Below are positions 1 to 6,950 of a stretch of 42,822 nt of DNA, one piece after another. The position numbers and the translations under genes were made by a program. The stretch lies in the UHGV virus genome UHGV-1378655; one strand, 5' to 3'. How positions within the stretch are numbered: the stretch's first letter is position 1; each line of letters starts with the position of its first letter. Under the pieces are notes generated by a model, which was not told the origin of the DNA, searched no databases, and was given only the letters and a program-made list of their open reading frames with translations. The DNA is from a virus.

Positions 1-15
1 AAAGGAGGTGGTTTT

Positions 16-222
16 ATGAAAAACGTTTATGCTTGTTTACTTGGCGAATGGGTAAATCTATCTGAAACAAATGATGTTGTAATTGATAACGCATATACAG
101 ATGCAAACCTTTGGTATAAAGAACAAATCGATAACTTGTTCAATTTCAACTACATCAACATTAAAATTGATAATGTGAATTACCGAATCCACCCTAGTTT
201 CATTCAAGTTTTAACTAAGTGA
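16..222 (+). CDS. hypothetical small protein (68 aa)
   Basis: ORF with strong RBS AAAGGAGGTG 6 nt upstream of ATG at 16; opposite strand to the surrounding early genes. Confidence 0.5.
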   Translation: MKNVYACLLGEWVNLSETNDVVIDNAYTDANLWYKEQIDNLFNFNYINIKIDNVNYRIHPSFIQVLTK

Positions 223-375
223 TTTTTTAATTACTTCACAGCTATGACTGTCAAGCTCAACCTTGACGGTCTTATGGCTGTAAGCTCTGTTAACTTCTTG
301 CACTAATCTATCCCATTCATATTTAGGAGTGCCGTCTATTATTTTTAGAATTTCATCTAGTTTTTCTTCTTCCAT
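211..375 (-). CDS. hypothetical 54-aa protein, second gene of the cro-like operon (not in the ORF track)
   Basis: ATG at 375 preceded by TAAGGAGGTGAAACAGA; translates MEEEKLDEILKIIDGTPKYEWDRLVQEVNRAYSHKTVKVELDSHSCEVIKKSLS; below the track's length cutoff. Confidence 0.45.
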   Translation of the reverse strand: MEEEKLDEILKIIDGTPKYEWDRLVQEVNRAYSHKTVKVELDSHSCEVIKKSLS

Positions 376-392
376 TCTGTTTCACCTCCTTA

Positions 393-635
393 TTAAGTTG
401 TTTGTGGCTCTCGTTTCATTTTTGAGACATTGTGATTAAAAAAATAATCATCCATACTAATATCTAAAACATCGCAAATCGCACTTGCTTCATCAATAGT
501 AAAATTGCTTTTGTTTTTATTAATCTTTTGACTAAAGCGTGCAGGATTCATACCAATCATGTTAGCGACATCTTTATGAGAATACTTACTCTCATCAATG
601 AAATTTCGTAAATCTTGATATCTCTTTTTATTCAT
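393..635 (-). CDS. XRE-family helix-turn-helix regulator, Cro-like
   Basis: 80-aa protein with an HTH_XRE-type sequence; divergent from the repressor gene; C-terminal KREPQTT. Confidence 0.8.
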   Translation of the reverse strand: MNKKRYQDLRNFIDESKYSHKDVANMIGMNPARFSQKINKNKSNFTIDEASAICDVLDISMDDYFFNHNVSKMKREPQTT

Positions 636-679
636 GTTTTTATCACCTCTTTCGTCTCATTTATGAGATTACACTAATT

Positions 680-710
680 ACTATACAAGGCAACTGTTTC
701 GTTGTCAACG
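680..710 (-). promoter_or_regulatory. leftward early promoter with an overlapping operator palindrome
   Basis: minus strand -35 TTGACA (703-708), 17-bp spacer, -10 TATAGT (680-685); perfect 11-bp palindrome CGTTGTCAACG (700-710) covers the -35. Confidence 0.5.
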
Positions 711-731
711 AATAAATTTCATTTTTGAGAA

Positions 732-786
732 ACAAATTTGTAAAATGTGTTGCAAATATGAGAACAAACTTATATAATAAGTTTGT
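732..786 (+). promoter_or_regulatory. rightward repressor-operon promoter with two ACAAA-type operator palindromes
   Basis: -35 TTGCAA 750-755, 17-bp spacer, -10 TATAAT 773-778; palindrome ACAAATTTGT 732-741; palindrome ACAAACTTAT-ATA-ATAAGTTTGT 764-786 covers the -10. Confidence 0.5.
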
Positions 787-810
787 AAAAAACAAACAAG
801 GAGTAAAAAC

Positions 811-1143
811 ATGACTAATTTCTCAGACAACCTTAGTAAATTAAGAAAATCACGTGACTTATCATTAAAAGAATTGAGTGACAGACTTAATGCAAAATAT
901 GAAGTTAAATTTTCAAAAGCATCAATAGATCGATGGGAAAAAGGTGTTACTAGCCCTTCTATGGAACATGCTAGCGCGTTATCGGATTACTTTAACGTAT
1001 CTTTGGATGAGTTAAGTGGAAGAAAAGAAATGAAAATCGAGGAACCTCAAACACTAGCCGCGCATTTAGAAGGCGAGCTAAAAAAGGAGGATGTGGACTA
1101 TATTTTAAGTTTGATTGATAGATTTAAAAACGAAGATAAATAA
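811..1143 (+). CDS. XRE-family HTH repressor (ImmR/CI-like, no peptidase domain)
   Basis: 110 aa with an N-terminal HTH; immediately followed by an ImmA-type protease gene, as in ImmR-ImmA modules; C-terminal KIEEPQTL. Confidence 0.8.
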   Translation: MTNFSDNLSKLRKSRDLSLKELSDRLNAKYEVKFSKASIDRWEKGVTSPSMEHASALSDYFNVSLDELSGRKEMKIEEPQTLAAHLEGELKKEDVDYILSLIDRFKNEDK

Positions 1144-1148
1144 AGGGA

Positions 1149-1619
1149 TTGATTTTATTGTCACATTACGAAGAATTACTTACTAAGAATGAACACATTA
1201 AAATTAAAGACACACACTCGTTACCTAATGGATATAGTGGTTTTTATAAAGATGGAGTAATACTTATCGATAAAAACCTGTCTGAAAGACGTAAAGCTGA
1301 GGTATTATACGAAGAACTAGCACACCATAAACTTACATATGGAAACATCTTAGACCAATCTAAATTCAACAACCGTAAATTTGAAAACTACGCTAGGCGT
1401 TACGGGTATGAAACCGCTCTACCTTTGCGCATTATTGTGGAAGCGCATAACTATGGTGTTAGTAACTTATATGAATTAGCTGAATATGTTCAATTAAGCG
1501 AAGAATATATATCAGAAATATTGAAACATTACAAAAACAAATATGGCATTGGAACTAACTACGGAGAATACTTAATTACATTTGATCCGTTAAGAGTTTT
1601 TAAATATAAAGAAATATAA
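1149..1619 (+). CDS. ImmA/IrrE-family zinc metallopeptidase (anti-repressor protease)
   Basis: HEXXH motif (EELAHH); gene immediately downstream of the XRE repressor. Confidence 0.8.
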   Translation: MILLSHYEELLTKNEHIKIKDTHSLPNGYSGFYKDGVILIDKNLSERRKAEVLYEELAHHKLTYGNILDQSKFNNRKFENYARRYGYETALPLRIIVEAHNYGVSNLYELAEYVQLSEEYISEILKHYKNKYGIGTNYGEYLITFDPLRVFKYKEI

Positions 1620-1623
1620 AAAA

Positions 1624-1643
1624 AGGAGAAATGTAGAATGAAA
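1624..1643. repeat. 20-bp direct repeat AGGAGAAATGTAGAATGAAA, copy 1
   Basis: identical 20-mer at 2102-2121; serves as RBS and start for the 158-aa ORF. Confidence 0.9.
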
Positions 1644-2114
1644 GAACCGCCGCATAATAGACTTACATTTAAAGAGAGTATGACAGAAGGCAAATATCTG
1701 ACGACAATAACTAAAGAAGATAAAATTCGTTATAAAAAATTATCTGTTGAAGAAAAAAGAAAAGTATTAAATGATTTCAACGCTTCTACACCGCAAAAGG
1801 ACGACAAAGTTAGCTTATTCGATTATATGAAACGCACTATGTTAAAACATGGTTTAGACGAAGTGACTTCTATTACAGAAAATGCTGTTTTAAAAAACGA
1901 ACCAGGCAAACATATCGACAGTTTTATGACGAGATTGAGTAGTTTTTCAACAACAAAAGATGGAACAACTGTTTTCACATATGAGTTAATCAATCAAAAC
2001 TTTGTTGTTATAAAAATATTAGATGAACAACTGAAACAAAACAAAAAAATAATAGAACAAAATAATGAAATCATCAGTTTACTCAAACAAATAGCTAACA
2101 GAGGAGAAATGTAG
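1638..2114 (+). CDS. hypothetical protein (158 aa), accessory cassette gene
   Basis: ORF with RBS GGAGAAATG; exactly bounded by the 20-bp direct repeats. Confidence 0.6.
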   Translation: MKEPPHNRLTFKESMTEGKYLTTITKEDKIRYKKLSVEEKRKVLNDFNASTPQKDDKVSLFDYMKRTMLKHGLDEVTSITENAVLKNEPGKHIDSFMTRLSSFSTTKDGTTVFTYELINQNFVVIKILDEQLKQNKKIIEQNNEIISLLKQIANRGEM

Positions 2115-2121
2115 AATGAAA
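2102..2121. repeat. 20-bp direct repeat AGGAGAAATGTAGAATGAAA, copy 2
   Basis: identical to 1624-1643; contains the stop codon of the 158-aa ORF and the RBS and start of the lipoprotein gene. Confidence 0.9.
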
Positions 2122-2598
2122 AAGGTTCTTTTTTTAATTTTTGCTAGTTTATTAGTATTAGGTGCATGTGGACAAGATGAGGACAAAAACAAAGAAGATG
2201 ATGCTAAAAAGGTTGAAGTTAAAAAGACGAAAGAAAACAAAAAAGATAAACAAAGTCAATCTAAAGAACAAAAACAAGAAAAACCTTATAACAATGATGA
2301 TGAACCAATTTTAAATGATAACAGAAATGCAAACGACAACAATTCAAATCAACGGAACAATAAACAAAATCAAAATGTAGATAAAATTGATAACAATGCG
2401 TACAACCAACAGCAAAACGGTCAAGTAAATCAAAAAGAAAATACAGAAAATGGACTTGACCCAAACTTCGTACGACATAATGACAACATGGTAAAAGAAT
2501 GGCAAAATCAAATGCGAGAACACAACGAAAACTTTAATCCTGAATCTGGTGGAGATTTGTATAACGTCGAAACCGGTAACTACGTTGATGATGAATAA
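2116..2598 (+). CDS. lipoprotein with an N/Q/D-rich low-complexity region (candidate superinfection-exclusion protein)
   Basis: signal peptide plus lipobox LLVLGAC; gene lies between the immunity genes and the integrase. Confidence 0.75.
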   Translation: MKKVLFLIFASLLVLGACGQDEDKNKEDDAKKVEVKKTKENKKDKQSQSKEQKQEKPYNNDDEPILNDNRNANDNNSNQRNNKQNQNVDKIDNNAYNQQQNGQVNQKENTENGLDPNFVRHNDNMVKEWQNQMREHNENFNPESGGDLYNVETGNYVDDE

Positions 2599-2659
2599 AA
2601 TTATGGGGGTAGTCCACCTACCCTTATTATTTTTTTACTTTTTTAAGGGGTGATGAATT

Positions 2660-4029
2660 ATGAACGTAGCTATTTACGTTCGTGTCAGGTCAGTACATTA
2701 GAACAAAAAGAACATGGCTATTCTATTGAAGAACAAGAAAGGAAGCTCAAATCATTTTGTGAGATAAACGATTGGAGTGTATCAGATGTATTTATTGACG
2801 CTGGTTTCTCTGGTGCTAAACGTGAACGACCAGAATTACAACGTATGATGAATGATATTAAACGGTTTGATTTAGTTTTAGTGTATAAGTTAGATAGGCT
2901 TACACGTAATGTACGTGATCTACTTGATTTATTAGAGGTATTCGAACAGAATAACGTAGCGTTTAGAAGTGCGACAGAAGTTTACGATACATCTACAGCT
3001 ATGGGTAGACTATTTGTTACATTAGTTGGCGCTATGGCAGAGTGGGAAAGAGAAACCATTAGAGAGCGTGTTATGATGGGTAAACGCGCAGCGATTAAAC
3101 AAGGCATGATACTTACACCACCACCCTTTTATTATGATCGTGTAGATAACACTTACATTCCTAATGATTATAAAAAAGTAGTTTTATGGGCATACGACGA
3201 AGTGATGAAAGGTAATAGTTCAAAAGCTATAGCTAGAAAATTAAACGATTCAGATATACCACCTCCTAATGGCAAAAGGTGGGAAGATAGAACAATAACG
3301 AGAGCACTAAGAAACCCTATAACAAGAGGTCATTATACTTGGGGAGATGTATTTATAGAAAACTCTCACGAGCCTATTATTACCGAAGAAATGTATCAAC
3401 AAATAAAAGAAAGATTAGAAGAAAGAATCAACACTAAAATAGTAAGTCATGTATCAGTATTCAGAGGTAAATTTATTTGCCCAAGATGTGGTGGCACATT
3501 AACACTGAATACAGTGACAAGAAAGAGAAAGAAAGGTTATGTTACCTATAAAACGTATTATTGCAACACATGTAAAGCTAAAAAGGAGAGTTTCGGTTTT
3601 TCAGAGAATGAAGCGTTGAGAGTGTTTCGTGATTACCTATCTAAACTAGACTTAGAAAAATACGAAGTAAAGAAAAAACAAAAAGACGATGTCGTTACTA
3701 TTGATATAGACAAAGTCATGGAACAACGTAAAAGGTATCATAAATTATATGCTAAAGGGTTAATGCAAGAAGAAGAATTATTTGAATTAATCAAAGAAAC
3801 AGACGAAACAATCGCAGAATATGAAAAACAAAAAGAATTAGTACCCAGAAAATCACTAGATATAGATAAGATAAAAAAATTTAAAAATGCATTATTGGAA
3901 TCGTGGAAAATATTCTCGTTAGAAGATAAAGCGGATTTCATTAAGATGGCTATTAAATCTATAGACATAGAGTATGTAAAAATTAAAAACAGGCATTCTA
4001 TTAAAATAAGCGATATAGAATTTTATTAA
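2660..4029 (+). pseudogene. int: large serine recombinase (integrase), N-terminally frameshifted by a 5-bp tandem duplication
   Basis: RBS GGGGTGA 8 nt before ATG 2660; canonical MNVAIYVRV then stop; duplication GTCAG/GTCAG at 2684-2693; removing one copy restores MNVAIYVRVSTLEQ; the rest of the ORF (resolvase domain, recombinase domain, Cys-rich zinc ribbon) is intact; the track's ORF starts at GTG 2650 in the shifted frame. Confidence 0.6.
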
Positions 4030-4034
4030 CTTAT

Positions 4035-4089
4035 GTACGGAAGTATAGACACTCGATTAATATTTAATGTGTATACTTCCGTATTTTTA
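4035..4089 (+). terminator. putative integrase terminator
   Basis: GTACGGAAGTATA...TATACTTCCGTA(T) stem with a large loop, followed by TTTTTA. Confidence 0.4.
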
Positions 4090-4152
4090 TTTATAGAACC
4101 CGTAGAATTCGTCGAGTTTAGATTATCCGTGTCGAAATCGAGGCGTTTGAAA

Positions 4153-4186
4153 TTAAAAAACAACCACGCCCATTAAGAACGTGGTT
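4153..4186 (-). terminator. rho-independent terminator on the minus strand inside the int-lysin gap
   Basis: AACCACG/CGTGGTT 7-bp stem followed by GTTTTTTAATTT on the minus strand. Confidence 0.45.
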
Positions 4187-4236
4187 TAGAATATAGTATT
4201 AATTTAAAATTGGGAACAAAGATTATTATACAAAAA

Positions 4237-4295
4237 ACACAACCACTACTATATATTATATTCGCGACTATAAAATATAGCTTATACGGTTGTGT
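4237..4295. repeat. 59-bp imperfect palindrome (attP candidate)
   Basis: outer arms ACACAACC/GGTTGTGT; inner arms TATATATTATATTCG/CGACTATAAAATATA match 13/15; centre TCGCGA. Confidence 0.4.
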
Positions 4296-4568
4296 GCCAT
4301 TTTTACGGTTTCTATCCCACCGTCAAAGTCATAGTCGTATTCATCCTTCAGACAAAAAGCGAGTCCGCAATGGCAGGAGAATGTAAATATATTATAACAT
4401 AAAACTTATACATACACTCTATTTTACCACTGTCTAAGTTATAATTTTCATACATTTTATCACTTAGGTTATAGAAAAATCGATATAAAAATAAGGTAAC
4501 CGTCAGTAACAGTTACCTCAAGTACACTCCGCAGATGTGTACCGCAATTTCTATTTAATTATAGCGTA

Positions 4569-4598
4569 TTTGCGAGCGACATACATGTCGGTCGCAAA
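4569..4598. repeat. 30-bp near-perfect palindrome TTTGCGAGCGACATACATGTCGGTCGCAAA (attP or operator candidate)
   Basis: arms match 14/16. Confidence 0.4.
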
Positions 4599-4630
4599 GC
4601 TAGAAAACTACTAGAAATCTACTAGAAAAA
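4599..4630. repeat. tandem direct repeats of CTACTAGAAA with 11-bp period (2.5 copies)
   Basis: gCTAGAAAA, CTACTAGAAAT, CTACTAGAAAAA, directly abutting the 30-bp palindrome. Confidence 0.6.
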
Positions 4631-4775
4631 CCACCCAGTGACATGTGTGGGTAGTTAAAAGTAAACGGTGCAGTCAGCTTCTTACTGCTAAACGCAAGCA
4701 AGTCCTCTGCACATAATAAAACATACCAAATGATAGTATGCCAGTGTCAAACACTGTTTCCTCATTAACATTATA

Positions 4776-4810
4776 ACATAAAAAAACAGGGTAGCCATAG
4801 CGACTACCCT
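4776..4810 (-). terminator. rho-independent terminator of the lysis operon
   Basis: AGGGTAG/CTACCCT stem followed by TTTTTTTATG on the minus strand, about 40 nt after the endolysin stop. Confidence 0.6.
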
Positions 4811-4847
4811 TGTATAATGACGTGGTACCTGTATTGTACCACATAAT

Positions 4848-6572
4848 TTAATATACTTTTGTAATTCTAAGTCTTTCGTGCCATACCCAGTAGTTATCAC
4901 TAGGACCGTGTACACGACACCAACCGTCGATAATCTCGTAAACATAGAATAATTGACCTTTACCATATGTTGTATTAGTCATATTCCATGAATAATTACC
5001 TTTACCGCCATGCCTATTAAGTATAGTTGCGCCAAAGCTATCTGCGCGTGCTGCAAAGTATTTTTTGCGTTGCCAACCTAATTTTTTAGGTGGTATTTGA
5101 CCTATAGAAAGCTTATTTTTAGATTTCTTTGCTATTTTTTTCATTTCTTTTGTTTGCTTACTTGCTTTTTTGCCATCTCTTGTTTCATTGTGTTTATATT
5201 CTTTAGTGATGATCAAACGCTCATGCCATACCCAGTAATTACTACTTTCAGAATAAACACGCGCCCAACCTTCACGTACTTCATATACGTAAAACGGACT
5301 ATAACCTGCTTTGTATACTAGATTAGTTTTCTTCATATATCCGTTTTTAACATCTTTGCAGATAGTGACACCTGCACTGTCTGCTTTTGCAATATAATGA
5401 GGTGTTTTACTCCATACTAAGTTTTTAGGTACTCGTTTACCATTATATTTATTTGTAGCCTTGCGAGTTGTAACTGTTTTGATTTTGTTTACATCATAAT
5501 CTTCATCAACAAATGATGGCACAATGTAATGCGTTGTTCCATAAAAATTATCAACACGTAGTTTTGCAGGTGTATCTGCGTTACCATCAAAGTTTTGTTC
5601 TAATACAGTTTGTGTGTTAGTTCCTCCACTATTATCCCAAACTAAATAGATGTGACCGTATCTTTGGTATATACCATACGTACATACACCAATTGCTCCA
5701 ACTGGTGGTACATAATCCGGTGTATTTTTGACAATCTTCCAACCTTTAGGGAATATATTGAGGATACTATCTTTCGCATTACCCCACATTCTAACTTTAC
5801 CATTAGTTATGTGATATACGTAATCAACTGCTAAGTCCATACATTGATATGCCCAACGATTATCAAAGTCAACAAACTTACCTTTCAAGCTATACATATA
5901 ATTGATTGCACTTTGGTAATCTTTTGTTGATGGCTTAGATTTAGGTTTTTCTTTGTTTTTACCTTTGTTTCCGGCTTTCTTCTTGCTAACTTTGGGAACT
6001 TTAACGCCGTCAATATATTTAGCTACATACCCATCAAAGATACTCGTATTACGACCTAAGCCACAAGCTTCTAATAAGTTTCCAGGATCTTGCTTGTCAT
6101 ACTGTATGTCTTGATGACCTGGCATTTCATTTTTATAGTTAATCTTCCAAAATTTAGTAAGATAAGCCATGATACGCACTGCGTTATCTAACGACTTTAA
6201 GCTGCGTTTCTTATCTGTGAAGTAACATGCTTCTACACCAAATGCCGCATAGTCAGCGTCAGCATTATACCACTGATTATCTATAGTAGTATTCAACATA
6301 ACGTGCCATGCTACCTCTGTAACTGGAATACATATAATTGCTTCTTTGTCATCAACAAAAATATGAGCGCTCGCTACCATACTCCAAGCGATATTATAAG
6401 TATTTTTATAATAATTCACATTATCTTGTGCAGTAGTATTTGGATTCCCAGTATCATGAATAACTGCAAAACTAGGCTTTCCATTTTTAGTGTGTAATGC
6501 TTCTCCACTACGACGTGTTCCAATAGGCAACAAATCGTAACGCACTGGTACTCCATTCCATTTTTCTGCCAT
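4848..6572 (-). CDS. endolysin: N-terminal Amidase_2 (PGRP-type), central CHAP, two C-terminal SH3-like repeats
   Basis: HDTGN and GHQD amidase motifs; K-rich linker; CHAP with AYQCMDL Cys and YGHIYLV His; duplicated approximately 65-aa repeats ending NYWVWHERL. Confidence 0.85.
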   Translation of the reverse strand: MAEKWNGVPVRYDLLPIGTRRSGEALHTKNGKPSFAVIHDTGNPNTTAQDNVNYYKNTYNIAWSMVASAHIFVDDKEAIICIPVTEVAWHVMLNTTIDNQWYNADADYAAFGVEACYFTDKKRSLKSLDNAVRIMAYLTKFWKINYKNEMPGHQDIQYDKQDPGNLLEACGLGRNTSIFDGYVAKYIDGVKVPKVSKKKAGNKGKNKEKPKSKPSTKDYQSAINYMYSLKGKFVDFDNRWAYQCMDLAVDYVYHITNGKVRMWGNAKDSILNIFPKGWKIVKNTPDYVPPVGAIGVCTYGIYQRYGHIYLVWDNSGGTNTQTVLEQNFDGNADTPAKLRVDNFYGTTHYIVPSFVDEDYDVNKIKTVTTRKATNKYNGKRVPKNLVWSKTPHYIAKADSAGVTICKDVKNGYMKKTNLVYKAGYSPFYVYEVREGWARVYSESSNYWVWHERLIITKEYKHNETRDGKKASKQTKEMKKIAKKSKNKLSIGQIPPKKLGWQRKKYFAARADSFGATILNRHGGKGNYSWNMTNTTYGKGQLFYVYEIIDGWCRVHGPSDNYWVWHERLRITKVY

Positions 6573-6584
6573 TTTATAGGCCTC

Positions 6585-6872
6585 CTATTCCTTATTAGGT
6601 TTCTTATATTCTTGAGCCATTAAACTATCGGACAAACCAGCACTTGTACCGTCTACTGCCGACATATATAGACTTACCAACACACCTATTACAGCAATTG
6701 GATTGCTAATAAATTTTAATAAAGCTTCTCCAACAGCACCCCAAGTAGTTAATGAATGCCAATCAATTCCTAAATAAACAAGAATAGGCATAAATGCACC
6801 TACAATTAATTGAATAATAGCTATAGGATTATTAAATCTTACATGCCAATTTATTCCTAAGAAATTTCTCAT
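6585..6872 (-). CDS. holin
   Basis: 95 aa with two hydrophobic segments and a charged C-terminus; immediately upstream of the endolysin. Confidence 0.7.
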   Translation of the reverse strand: MRNFLGINWHVRFNNPIAIIQLIVGAFMPILVYLGIDWHSLTTWGAVGEALLKFISNPIAVIGVLVSLYMSAVDGTSAGLSDSLMAQEYKKPNKE

Positions 6873-6950
6873 ACATATATCTCCTTTTTAAATAAAATAA
6901 AAAGACCTAACCACTATCGATTAGATCTGAAATCAAAATTCACTAATTAT

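Noticed and set aside
2650-4029. Integrase start at GTG 2650 / ATG 2653 as given by the ORF track
   Set aside because: These codons sit inside the Shine-Dalgarno sequence (GGGGTGATG). The canonical start is ATG 2660 in another frame, and the long frame is reached only through the 5-bp duplication.
4599-4630. Tandem CTACTAGAAA repeats as a possible CRISPR or iteron array
   Set aside because: There are only 2.5 copies of an 11-bp unit with no spacers and no cas genes. A protein-binding array near attP is more likely.
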